From Catajapyx aquilonaris (lineage: Eukaryota), in the NCBI GenBank assembly GCA_000934665.2, contig KZ537995.1:62001-126000 (forward strand): a stretch of 64,000 nucleotides of DNA, in the 5' to 3' direction. The notes below the pieces were generated by a model. The model made no database searches and had not been told where the DNA came from. It saw only the letters and a program-made list of their open reading frames with translations. Positions 1-11,829 of this stretch are shown one piece after another. The position numbers and the translations under genes were made by a program. The first letter of the stretch is position 1. Each line of letters begins with the position of its first letter.

Positions 1-490
1 ATATTAACTATAACTACTACTACGAAGTACTAAATTAACTAACTACTACTACGAAGTACTAATATTAACTATAACTACTACTACGAAGTACTAAATTAAC
101 TAACTACTACTACGAAGTACTAATATTAACTATTACTACTACTAAGTACTAATATTAACTATACTACTAAGTACTTACTAATTACTGTAACTACTACTAA
201 GTACTTACTAATTACTGTAACTACTACTAAGTACTTACTAATTACTGTAACTACTACTAAGTACTTACTAATTACTGTAACTACTACTAAGTACTTACTA
301 ATTAGTAATTACTATAAACTACATATAAGTTACGACTACTAATTAATTCCTTATTTACTACTACACACTACTTATTAATTCCTTATTTACTACTACTAAT
401 TAATTACTAATTACTACCACAAACTACTAGCTGCTAATTACTTCTACTAACTACTTATTAATTACTAATTAATACTACTAACTACCAATA
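1..490. repeat. AT-rich tandem repeat/minisatellite (TAC/TAA-rich)
   Basis: A 61-bp period repeats from 1 to about 150. Four perfect copies of the 30-mer ATTACTGTAACTACTACTAAGTACTTACTA lie at 181-300, then the array decays into CTA/TAA low-complexity sequence to about 490. It is cut by the window start. Confidence 0.9.
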
Positions 491-1590
491 TTAACCAATG
501 ATTATGACCTCTTGTTATGACTAAACTGATTATGATTGATGATTTAATGTGCTAGTACTGCAACGATGTTTTTTTCTCTCTCGGCAATTACACTTCGTAC
601 TTGCAGTAATTACCTGTACTAATAGCCTGGCAGGTGCTGATCAAATTGTAAAGGCAAAGAATCCGTCTGGAAAGCGTCGAACGAACAAAAATTCGACAAA
701 TCCGTTGACGCCATCTTTTTCGAATACGCCGCACGGGGAGTAGGCAGCCACCGGCACCCTGTTCCAACAACAGGGAGTGGGGCGGCCACAACTCCCTGGA
801 AATTAAAAAAAACTGGAATCAAAACTTTGCCATTTTTAGGACATAATTTAGACGGCATAAAATCCGCCTAATTTTTAAACCTTAGATTAAAACCGGTCCT
901 GATGAGAGAATCGGAAGTAATAAATTTGCGAGGGGCAGGGGGGTGGAGGGGGGGTAGGAGGAAGTTGGGTTGTTCCTGCTTCGTTCGAAAAGAAAAAAGA
1001 AAAAAAGAAAAATCATTTGCCAATGGCGACTGTGCACGTTCCAAGACTGCGTCTGGCTCTTTTACTAGTCTGAAGAAGAATATTGGGGCTTCAGAAAGGA
1101 GAAGGGAGGGCCCCACCAGAGGAAGGAGCCGGCTGTGTCTACAAAGAACCACAAAAGGGTAAAGAAAAAGAAGGGATGGAAGGGGACCCCGGGTTGGGAA
1201 GGAGGGGCAACGACCCAGGGTAAATTGGAAGCGGAAATTTCTGGAAATAAGGAAAGTGTTGCAATCGAACGTCTTTTTAACGATGGAATCTTAATTCGTC
1301 GTACAACTGATGAGTCATGTTGGGGGGGCTGGAATAATTGTTGCAAATTGTACCGCACGTAATAAGTAATGGAAGTAAATTTCAATAGTTTTTTGAAACA
1401 AATGTTTCCGCACCCCACACATAGCGTCATTCGACTCGGCTCATCAAGTAGATTCACGAAATACGCAGAATATGCGGCCATTGAGTAGACATGAATATAA
1501 ATAATTGCGGTTGCCTAGAGCAACCTGTGGTTCATTCTGACTGTTGTTTACATTTCCAGTGGAACTGTGGTTGATCCCAAGAGTAGAAGG

Positions 1591-3859
1591 ATGAAGGTGC
1601 TTGTCCTTTGCTGTTTCTTCGCCCTCTTGTGCGTGAGTCTGTGCGAAGATGTGGTGAGCGAACCGGGGATGGGGGAACCGGAAATGGTCGGGGCAGGGAT
1701 GGGCGAGGCGGAGGTGGCGACGGAGGAGGAGGAGCAGATGGACCTGCAGGTGGAGGAGCCTCCGACGGAAGACGAGATCATCTACATCACGCCCACTCCG
1801 CATGGGATAGTCCATTTGGCTGAGCATTTTGACGACCCGGACGCCTTTGGGAAGAAGTGGGTCATGTCGGACGCCAAGAAGGATGGGGCGGACGAGTTGA
1901 TCGCTAAGTACGATGGTGAGCAAAATCAAGTATTGAAAACAAATGTTTTCAGACCATTAACTGATCGTTCTTCCCACAGGAAAATGGGCTATTGAGGCTC
2001 CAGAAAGAGATGGGCTGAAGGGTGACACAGGCCTTGTTCTGAAGTCAAGGGCTAAGCACTCGGCTATCTCCTGCAAGCTGGAGCGTCCCTTCCACTTCAC
2101 GGACACGCCCCTCATTGTTCAGTACGAAGTCACCATGCAGAACGGCCAGGAATGTGGTGGGGCGTACATTAAGCTGCTTACGCTGGACCAGAAGCTGGAC
2201 CTTAGGAATTTCAGAGACAGCACTCCGTACACCATCATGTTCGGACCGGACAAGTGCGGAAACGACTTCAAGATGCACTTCATCTTTAGGCATCGCAATC
2301 CAAAGAACGGAACTGTCACTGAGAAGCACTGTAAGAGGACCGGCGACAAGTTTGACGAGCTGTTCAAGGTAAAATTTGAATCATTATGAAAATGAAGACA
2401 AGGGTTACATCACTTCCTCCCATTTGCAGGATAAGAAGCCTCATATGCTCCGCCTCATGGTGAACCCGGACAGCTCCTACTCCATCCAAATGGACAAGTC
2501 CGTGATTGCCAAGGGCAGTCTCCTGGAGGAATTTGAACCGCCGGTGAATCCACCTCCCGAAGTGGACGACCCTAACGACAAGCGACCTGAAGACTGGGAT
2601 GATCGTGAGAAGATACCGGACCCGGAGGCGGTCAAACCGGAAGACTGGGATGATGATGCACCGGAAAAGATTCCGGATCCGGACGCAGTGATGCCAGACG
2701 GATGGCTCGAAGAAGAGTCGCAGATGATCCATGACCCTGAGGCAATCCGACCGGCTGACTGGGATGAGGAGATGGACGGTGATTGGGAAGCTCCATTGAT
2801 CGATAATCCTAAGTGCGAGAAACCCCCTGGATGCGGACCCTGGGAAGCACCGATGATTCCTAACAAGGACTACAGGGGGAAGTAAGTAACATTTTTTTAC
2901 CGAGGGTTCATAATGAGGCGTCAATACTTTAGTGTACGAGGGACTAGGCTTGTGAGCTAAGTGACTTTGTTCCTTACCAGATGGAGGCCTCCGATGGTGG
3001 ACAACCCGAATTACAAGGGAAGGTGGCACCCACGCAGGATATCGAACCCAGACTACTTTGAAGACAACAGTCCGTACAAGATGAGCAGCATAGGAGCAGT
3101 GGGGTTCGAGATTTGGTCCATGTCGGACGGGATCATTTTCGACAACGTGATAGTGACGGACGACCTCGTGGTGGCCGAGAAGTGGGCCCAGGAGACATTT
3201 GAGCTGAAGATGCAGAAGGTCAACAGGGACTCGGAGGGGCTGTTCACTCGTCTCCTCCTCTACACCAACAAGCACCCTTGGCTGTGGGCAGTGTACGTTG
3301 TCGTTATTGGGCTGCCCTTTGTCATCTTCCTGTCGTTCTGCTGCGGATCCGCACAGGTGAGTCTTCCGTCACAATGCGGATCAATGATCTTGGTCTATTT
3401 ACATGGCTTTATGTTTGTGACATTAACAGGACAAGGATGAGGCCAAGCGGGCCAAGGCGAAGAAGACAGATGAATACACAGCAGACGATGTGCCTTTGGA
3501 AGGGAGTGGTAAGGGAGGTGCTAAGAAGGTGGCAGTCGGAGGGGCCAGGAAAAAGGAGCTGGAGCAAGTCGAGGAGCAAGAGGAGGACGTCGGGAAGGAC
3601 GGGGGAGAAGGGGAGGAGGAGGAAGAGGGAGAGGGCAGCCAGGAGGAGGAGGAGGAGGAGGAGGGAGAGCACGGGGACGCAGGGGCGGAGAAGCACAAGG
3701 CAGAGGCGGAGAGTCGACAGGTCAGTTCCGCCTCTTTAAAATGCCGGCTGTCCGACACAGGCCGAGTCTGAATCACTTCCTCTGTTTCAGGAACCCCCGG
3801 TGAAAGGCTCGGGAGATGCTCCAAGTTCACCTCGGAGGCGCAGAGTCAGGAAGGAGTAG
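1591..3859 (+). CDS. CANX: Calnexin (ER lectin chaperone), 633 aa
   Basis: Exons 1591-1915, 1980-2368, 2430-2881, 2981-3356, 3430-3720, 3791-3859; all introns GT-AG; 1902 nt in frame. Signal peptide [18 protein letters not shown]; calreticulin-family motifs CGGAYIKLL and [12 protein letters not shown]-domain repeats ([22 protein letters not shown]); TM segment [23 protein letters not shown]; acidic tail ending [10 protein letters not shown]. Confidence 0.97.
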
Positions 3860-4936
3860 CGTGAGGTCAAACGAGGTCATCGTTTCCAGCAGTTTTAAAC
3901 AAACCGAAGTCTCCCATTTTTAAGTTCTATTTAGTTTTATATGGTCAGGGCAGCCACCAGTTGTCTCTTTTCTTTCTATTTTCTCATATTTTTTTTTACA
4001 ATATAAAGGATGGGGATTGGCTGCGAAATGGTGCAATTATCATTTTTTTATTATTTTAATAATAAACTGTTGCTGCGATTATAGTTGATGGGACATAACG
4101 CATTACGAAGCAAACGAGTATTACATATTGCATATTTTTGAAGATGTCCTGATTTGATTTAGCGAACGTTGTGGTTTTCTCATTCCCGTTACCCTTCAGC
4201 AGCCTATCTTTACCCTGGCTTTCCTGCACCTACATTACCTCCAGATGCAGTATACTTTTTAGGTGTCGACAAAAGTAAGATGCAGGAAAATATTGTGAAA
4301 ACTCTTTTTTAAACTAGTCATGACGTAGTTTCATCTCGGGAGATTTCGGGAGGAATTTTTTTGAATTATTATTTCTCAAGCGAATGAAATGTTAAAGGCC
4401 CCCCCCCTCCCCGCCCCTTCTCATAATGCTTCCTCTTCTTGCTTATATTTTTTTTAAATTGCTTCCAGAGTGTGAGAAAAAAACTTTTTAGCACATTCCA
4501 TGTACGACGCATGGGTAAAAACGAATGCAAAGGACACGTGTGTGAAATTTTTTTATTATTATTGTGTGATTTTTTGCGTGCGAGGGGAGAGGGTTTTTGG
4601 GTGGACGAGACTCTGGTGGCATGATAGGGAGGGAAAAAAGCCCTCCCCGTACTTGCCGTTACGGAAAGAAATGTTATTGGACCCACAACTTGTTAGATGG
4701 TAGCGTCCCTTCATAGGTTCAGCTGTTTTTTTTTATATAAATCCACTTTTTTTTTTTTTCTAATTGTTTCGTCATTTTTCTGTATGTTGAACTGTTGGGG
4801 TTCGTCACAAGTGTGTGCATGTGTGAACGAAGTGTGAAAGTCGCGTTGCTTTTGGCGATGCAATGATCATGATGTTTTTTTTTTGTCCCTGTTACGTTTG
4901 AAAAAAGAGGTTAGTGCACAGGGTTTTCAACAAGCA

Positions 4937-4964
4937 AATAAAGAATTGTCCCCACGGTTTTAAT
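4937..4964. terminator. Facing polyadenylation signals between convergent CANX and LIAS
   Basis: AATAAA on + at 4937-4942; ATTAAA on - at 4959-4964, about 115 nt past the LIAS stop. A more proximal AATAAA for CANX is at 4061. Confidence 0.4.
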
Positions 4965-5077
4965 TAACGGGTTTTCAATTGCAATATAATGTACAGCATT
5001 TTTGTAGAGATTGCGGCAATCTGATTGTACATTCCATCGAAACTAACAGACTTGGTCCTCGTTTAAATCTGCGGACA

Positions 5078-6827
5078 TCAAGATTTGACATTGTCTTTCC
5101 GGCTATGTACAATGTTCTTTATGAAGAACTCTCCCGCTTTGTACGAACTTCTGACTAGTGGTCCGCTTGCTACGTACGCGAACCCCATCTTTTTCCCTTC
5201 GTCCTCCCATTTCTGGAAAGCCTCTGGCGTTACGTACTCCCTGACTTTCAAGTGTCGCTTGGTGGGCTGCATGTACTGTCCCAATGTTAGGCAGTCGACT
5301 CCGACACTTCTGAGGTCCTCCATAGTCTGCTGAATCTCGGCGTCGCTTTCGCCCAGACCCAGCATTATTGAGGATTTGGTGACCATGTCCGACTTGACCT
5401 CTTTGGCATGCTTCAGGACTGATAGGGTCTGCCTGTAGCGAGCACGTGGGTCACGAACGAACGGTGTCAGACGCTCCACTGTCTCAATATTGTGGGCGAA
5501 TACGTCCAAGCCCGAGTTGACTAACGTAGCTACAGACGAAGAGTCTCCTCCGAAGTCAGGCGACAGACATTCAACCAAAATTGACGGGTTGCTGTGGGCC
5601 AATGACAGTTAAAAGTCTGCATACTTCTTAGTATGGGCAAATGAAGCTTACCGACTCTTTAGTTCCTTCACTGTTTCCGCAAAGTGGGCGGCACCGCCAT
5701 CAGGCATATCTAGACAGAGAAGCATAATGAGGGATTGAATGTTTGCCATTACGCAAGTGATATAATACCATCTCTATCTACGGATGTGAGCACAACGTAG
5801 TCGAGCCCCCACTCTGCGATGGCTTTTGCTGTGTTTTCCGGCTCCTTTGGATCGACAGGGGGTGGCTTCCGACTGGTCTTCACTGAGCAGAACCTGCAGC
5901 CCCTGGTGCAGGTGTCCCCCATCAGCATTATGGTGGCCGTGGCTACCTTGTCCGGCCCACCTCCCCAGCACTCCCCGATGTTGGGGCAGCGGGCTTCTTC
6001 GCACACTGTGGCCAAGTTCAGTCCTCTTAGAGTCGACTTGAGCCTATGGTACTCCGCTCCCATTGGAATCTCCCGCTTCAGCCACGGGGGCAAACGCAGG
6101 CGAGCAGATGACGGGTCCGAGGGGGTCAGACGGAGCTTTCCGGAGTACGTGGACAGTTCGGGATCGGTGATGAAATCTGCAAGATCTGGCCCGTCTGCCA
6201 GGCGACGCTTCTTGTCGTCCGGGATGGATGAGTATGGGCATGATGCTGCAACCAGCTGAGGAAAATAATGCACAATGCAATAGCACACTAGCAATGTCGG
6301 GTACCAATGTCGCTCTGCATACTTTACGTACTACGTACAGTACTACACGAACATCACGTACTATGTACTCTACATGCGTACTGGACATACTTTGCATACA
6401 TACTCCACATATTTGACGTACTATGTACAGTACTACACATACTTTATGTAGTACGTACGCTACATACTTGGCATACGTACGCTACGTACTTGTCATACGT
6501 ACTCGACATACTTTATGTTCTACGTACTCTATATACTTTTTAATTACAATGATAATGCCATTTCCAGTTATTAAACTTTAAAAAATTAGCAGATAACCAA
6601 TTAGTCTCTTACACTCTTTCCTACTGTAGTGTAATTAGTTATGTAATTTAGTTAATTTGTGCTGCTATTTAACCACAATTTAACCACGATTTGTTCTCAG
6701 TATGTACAGTGTGTATGTGCGAATCGTAACAAGATATGTAACCTCAATTAAAACAGAGCAAATTTAAGCTTACATTCGGAGATTTTGAAGCCGTTCGAAA
6801 AGAACAGCTGCGGATGAGCGCCGCCAT
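5078..6827 (-). CDS. LIAS: Mitochondrial lipoyl synthase (radical SAM), 370 aa
   Basis: Minus-strand exons 6827-6774, 6255-5769, 5709-5652, 5591-5078; GT-AG introns; 1113 nt in frame. Arg/Ser-rich presequence-like start [16 protein letters not shown]; motifs [20 protein letters not shown] (CX4CX5C), CTRGCRFC (CX3CX2C) and C-terminal [11 protein letters not shown]. Confidence 0.97.
6310..6540. repeat. TAC/GTA-rich degenerate simple repeat in LIAS intron 1
   Basis: Dense TACGTA/GTAC/CATAC words with repeated ACATACTTT blocks. Confidence 0.6.
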
Positions 6828-7051
6828 CTTGGAAATCGATAAAAAATGAACACTCAACCAATGTAGCCAATATAAATAAGCCATAAAATTGTAAGCTACA
6901 TTTGCACACCTAAAATATTTAAAAATTAGGTTTTTTTAAAAAAATGTGACAGTTGTAATTAAGTAAATTATTTCACGAATCTGCCTTGATTACTAGAAAG
7001 TGACTGGAAACTGTTGGCTACTCAGGAGTATATATATATTTTTTTTTAAAA

Positions 7052-7226
7052 AAAAAGATTGGCAAAGCGCGTGATTCGAGTAGACTTTTTCTCATTGGTC
7101 AGAGGGAAATGAGGCTTACGACACGAGCTTTCTCTGGCGGTTTAGGCCCTGATGCCTGTCCACAGACAGACGGACGGACAGAGCCAGTTCTACAAGACAT
7201 TTTTTCCGATGAGAAAAAGTCTAAAA
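7052..7226 (-). mobile_element. Helentron-associated non-autonomous element (HINE/DINE-1-like), internally deleted copy
   Basis: Perfect 15-bp inverted repeat TAGACTTTTTCTCAT (7081-7095) / ATGAGAAAAAGTCTA (7209-7223) with an internal GACG/GACA microsatellite. Its reverse complement aligns with 8204-8482. Confidence 0.7.
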
Positions 7227-7329
7227 GTTGATGAAGCAACATTTCAATGATATGACGTGCAAAGTGGACCGGTTCTAGACCGGGTCCGGTAAACGCGTTC
7301 AGCTACATCATCAAAAAGCGCGGCTACGC

Positions 7330-7748
7330 TTTTTTCCAAGAGGGCCGCCCCCACAGTGCCGCCAAAAAAGGTTTCCCCGACATTGACGGAGCGTCGATCC
7401 TGCTGTATCCCTCCGCCGCCGTCGACGTCGTCGCCGTCGTCGTCGGGGATGGAACTACTTTTCCAGCGTTCCATGCGCCGAGAACCTCATCACCACCGTC
7501 AGTCTGGTCTGAGTCGTCGACTCGGTCAGATTAACCCCCCTGCATTACCCCTACCGTTTGTCGCATCAACTGTGAAGACCACCCCTGCTAAATATACATG
7601 TCGAGCCATGTCAACCCGTCTGACTAACCAGGGGCGGACCAGGGGCAGGGGGGAGGGCAGCCCCGGGGCCGATCGGGGCTGCCCGCAGGTGACAGTGGAT
7701 CGGTGCGTCATGCCTTAACGGAGAGAGATGGATCGACCCTCATGTCCG
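7330..7748 (+). promoter_or_regulatory. Probable GC-rich first (5' UTR) exon of the TRMT9B-like gene, divergent from LIAS
   Basis: GC/CpG-rich island ending in a strong donor CCG|GTAAGT at 7748/7749, head-to-head with the LIAS start (6827). The first coding exon of TRMT9B (25383) begins at an acceptor and so needs an upstream exon. The linkage is inferred. Confidence 0.45.
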
Positions 7749-8095
7749 GTAAGTTCCATTCAGACTATAGCTGTGACCTCTTGACCTTGCTTCAATCCCC
7801 AGGAAGTAGGTCACTAGGGCACCGAACCGTCATTTTTATTCCCTTCCTATAATGTACTGTACAAAAGAGCGCATGTGCCGTACACACCGTTTCTCTTCAC
7901 GTATATAAAAGCATGGAGGGAAATACTTTTTTGGACACATTACGTACACGGTACGGTAAATATTATTTTAATTTATTAATTAACTAATTTATTAATTTAC
8001 AAATTATGTATTAATTTCATCATAAAGAATAAGCTGGCACATTTTCCTCTCCGGTATATGTTCAGTACAACTAATGTAAAACGATCAGAAAACTA

Positions 8096-8560
8096 TCTTA
8101 CGTAATAAAACAGAAAGTTTGTCTGTATGTCCGGGCTACCTAATCTACTTTCGGACTACAGAGAGAGTGCTGAAACACTGATGGAAAAGTCCGAAAACTG
8201 CACTTTTTAGACTTTTTATCATCGGGAAAAAAAAGGTTTTATAGAACGACTGTGTCCGTCCGTCCGTCTGTGGACATATATCAGGCCATAAACCGCAAGA
8301 GATAGCGACTAACAGTTTTCGGATTCGGATTCAGTGTCCAACTTCCGGTGACCGGCCATTTCCGGTTTTCCGGGTTCACTCTATCCGCCAAGTGTCGTAT
8401 CAACAAAGTTGTCAGACTCATTTCCCACTTTGCCCCAATGAGAGAAAAAGCCTACTCGAATCACGCTCACGTGATCTTGTTTGAGTCTAGGATTTCTTTC
8501 CCGGTTTTACTTGACCATATATCGAAGCGCAGGCAGTGCGAAGAACGGGCTCCGCTGCTA
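8096..8560 (+). mobile_element. Non-autonomous Helitron-like element interrupted by a nested insertion
   Basis: Begins A|TC (TCTTACGTAATAAAA...GTTTGTCTGTATGTCCGGGCTACC) and ends GCGAAGAACGGGCTCCGCTGCTA. Segments 8096-8208 and 8483-8560 align contiguously with 50457-50677. Confidence 0.7.
8204..8482 (+). mobile_element. Helentron-associated element (HINE/DINE-1-like) nested in the Helitron-like element
   Basis: Inserted in a T-run. Degenerate subterminal inverted repeats TAGACTTTTTATCAT / ATGAGAGAAAAAGCCTA; (GTCC)n microsatellite at about 8254-8270; 3' hairpin ATCACG-CTCA-CGTGAT (8460-8475) followed by CTTGTTT. Confidence 0.7.
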
Positions 8561-8842
8561 TAGCTGCAATAAATGAGAGCATAAGCCGCGCTCCTGTGAT
8601 GTGTGGGCCGTATGTATAGTAAGCATGAATTTTTCATGCTGCGAGCAAACTATCGATCCCTGCAGGCCAATCATTAAAGGATATTGAATACAATTCACAA
8701 AAGAGTTGGACGTAATATTATGCAACGTTCTTCGGTAACTTCCGTGGTGAACTGATATCTCCAGCAGATTATTACATCGGTTGCATTACATTTTTTTATT
8801 ATTGTTACTCAACAGATACTGTGCAATACCATCAGTGGGTTT

Positions 8843-9014
8843 CTTCTTGTGCTGTTGTTTCCATAGTTATCTGTTGTTATAGCAGCCATCACTAATAACA
8901 AGGACCGGTCGCACAATAGAAGGTACGGTATAGATGGCATAGTATGACTCTCTCTTGTCCTTAATTGATTGGCAGTTGCAAAAACACTAACAAGGACAAA
9001 CTAGAGATCATTAA
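8843..9014 (+). repeat. Dispersed ~170-bp repeat, copy 1
   Basis: Colinear with 11659-11829. Exact shared 25-mer TCTTGTCCTTAATTGATTGGCAGTT (8953-8977 and 11772-11796), plus CTGTTGTTATAGCAG and CACAATAGAAGGTA. Confidence 0.8.
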
Positions 9015-9170
9015 AGGTCCAGGCTCAGGCGTTAATGATGCAACCGGTCCTTGTTGAAGGAAGAGACAAAAATAAACCAACCATTGTTAGTTACAGAAAG
9101 ACTATAGAAAGGCGAAAAAGCAGATTTAAAACAAATATTTTATCTTTTTCGAATCTAGGCCTACGTATTC

Positions 9171-9507
9171 TCACCGTCGGATGTTTGTCCTACATGATAG
9201 TACCACTATTGCCCGCACAACTTGAGAGTGGCAGGAGTGTGCATTGTACAGGGAAATTGGGCGCCATCTATGCGTGAAGAATAGTATTACGTGGTAAATC
9301 GGCCACCAGCGACGTATACTATCAGGTCTATAAATGGACAGAAATAGCGTCTTTAGAAGTGTTGCCAAGTATTTTATATTGGGCCCATTGCCAAAAGTTG
9401 GACTCTCATAGATGGCGCATACTCCCTCTCTGCCCACTACTGCCACCTGTCGCGACGGGTAGTAAGTACTCTGGGTGATGACTCACTCTGGACAAACAGG
9501 CCACGGG
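9171..9507. mobile_element. Old palindromic MITE-like element with ~100-bp degenerate inverted arms
   Basis: GCGCCATCTATG (9261-9272) is the exact reverse complement of CATAGATGGCGC (9407-9418). Outer arm blocks also mirror (CCGTCGGATGTTTGTCC / GGACAAACAGGCCACGG). A second partial copy lies at 15245-15365 (-). Confidence 0.6.
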
Positions 9508-11658
9508 TCGCCAAGATTTTCAGTGGTCCTGTATGTAATGATGACAAAGCAACAAGTCCAACAGGAATAGGTCAAGAGGTCACAACTTTGGCGGGACATT
9601 CAGCAAGAATTCAGTTCAAAATGAATATCCTCCCCCCCCTTAAAAAAACAGCGCCATTTATCGACTTTTAACATAACGTATATAGAGATGCCTCTCGATT
9701 TTGCAGGCGCGCAGAAAAAGTATGAAAAAAAGAGAGGAAAAGATAAAGGAAAAAAGATATAACGAATCGAGTGCTCTACAAGGCTACTCTCCCCCCCAAA
9801 AAAATTTGCATATCGATTTGCGATGGAACTTTCAGCAGGTGCGCATTTGCACGTGTCTAAAATACACTCGATGCGATTTTTTTTGCAATTATATCACCTG
9901 GTTATTACACGGTAATTATGTTTACCATCCTTTTCATGCCGGTACGTTAGCTCTGTGAATATAATATACCCAGGTGGATGTAAATTATGTGGAAAGTTTT
10001 TAAGCTAATAAATCGCGATACCACTGCAGGGATTTGGTGTAATTATCCGCCTATAACCATCTCTTGGCCATATCTTTAGGAGGTATAATGAGGCTATATT
10101 ATGTATATTTTTATGCGGCTGCAAAAAAAAGAGGATGGGTTATCTCTATATAGGACTTACAAGTTAGTTCTAGGGGAGAGCACTTTAGATAAAACTAGCA
10201 GATTGGCACGGTTGGAGATATTTCACAAATGGAGGAAGCAGAGGGGGGTGGGGGAGGAAGGAGGTGTGGGGGAGGGGTTGGACTTGGAGATAAAGTATTG
10301 GTAATCAATTTCTCGCCCTGTATTCCCTTTGCTTGGTTCTTCTTCGCCTTTGAGAAAATACGGTTAAGCCTCTCCCGTGTGTTTTTCGATGCCGCATTCT
10401 TCTCAACTCTTTTTGAGAATTTTTGAGAGAGAAAAAAAAGTATTTTTCATTTTTTTGTTGGATTTTTTAAAAAGGATCCTATATTGCCTTTTATGAGTGA
10501 ATTTTGTGTAGTGAACTCTTCTAGTTAGATCATCCAGCAGAAAATAGTGAATGTGCTAAAGTAAATGGCGATTTACTTTAATATGAAAATATGGACTGGT
10601 ACACTATGACAAAAATATAGCTGAAAATAATAAAAGTTATTGGATATGGGAAGGTTTTTTTTACAGACTTGGTGCATGTCGTCTATATAAGAGGGCAACA
10701 AAATTGATTGGTTCACACAGATAAAATGTTTATTGCAACTGAAATAGGTGTTTGCATTGCTTTATTGCAGTATTAGTTGAAACTTGAGATGCACTTTATC
10801 GCCTGTTACGACGCAGGACGCTTTAAGTGTCTCCTTTGCGAATTTGTACTTTGCAAGGTGACTAAGATTAATTGTTTGAAACATTATAAGTACAGAACAA
10901 ATCGACTCACTCAAAACAAACTCGACTTGCATTGGATTTTTGATTAGGGATTGGAAATGCATGATTTATTTTTTTTGCACATAATTTACTTGACAAATAT
11001 TTTGTTAGTTTGATCAGAACCTGCACTGAATTTATTTGATGCCAATTTGCGAGATTGAATCAGGTTCTCACATTGTGTTGTGTGTGTGTGATATGCTGAT
11101 TCGATCCTCGCCTTTACATGCATTGTTGCCAAACTTTTATTGGCTCCGAAGTTATGAATATGCGCATAATAAATATGCAGGCGTGGCAGAACCACCCGAT
11201 AAAGCAATAAATGCGGACCATCTCAATTCGCATGATAGGCGAAGCTAGTTGCAATTTTAGTGTTATGAAAAAAGCGCGATTTTATTATGCTGTTGCAAAC
11301 TTCTTTCCACCAAAATGATTCCACTCTTGACAGAAATGTTTGGAAATTGAGTGATTTAGTAAGTGTCTGCGTCAATAACACTTACAAGCTGAATATTTAC
11401 ATGAATTTCATTTTTTATTTGCACCGACTCTTAGAGAGATGGATCACACAGCAAAGAGTTTACGATTTTTTTTTGCAGATTATTGCCATTTGTAAGGGAA
11501 TCACCATAACAGTGCAAATAAGCGCGAAACTTCAGAAAAACAAAAGTGTAGTCATATAGCCTATAGCAACTTATTGTTTTTCCTTAGAAAATATGCTGGA
11601 AGCTTATAATGTCCTATTGATATCCTCCCGTGTGTGGGCGGATTCCTCCTGTAAAATC

Positions 11659-11829
11659 CTTCTTGTGGTGAGTTTCCATGGTGCCCTGTTGTTATAGCAG
11701 AAGTAACTAATGCACAGGCCTCCATCCCACACAATAGAAGGTAGATCTATATCGTATAGCTCCAGGATTCTTCTTGTCCTTAATTGATTGGCAGTTTGTT
11801 GCAATCACTAACGAGGGCAAGATCATTAA
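11659..11829 (+). repeat. Dispersed ~170-bp repeat, copy 2
   Basis: Colinear with 8843-9014. Confidence 0.8.

Noticed and set aside
1..300. CRISPR-like regular repeats
   Set aside because: Units are contiguous with no unique spacers, and the context is eukaryotic.
1444..3830. Long antisense and alternative-frame ORFs over calnexin (similarly over LIAS, TRMT9B and eIF2B epsilon)
   Set aside because: Shadows of GC-rich coding exons with no recognisable domains.
6611..6625. Microexon in LIAS intron 1 (AG...GTAAG on the minus strand)
   Set aside because: 8 or 11 nt long and would break the frame; exons 1 and 2 already join in phase.
5078..6827. Bacterial lipA acquired by horizontal transfer
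   Set aside because: It has spliceosomal introns and a presequence-like N-terminus, so it is an ordinary nuclear LIAS.
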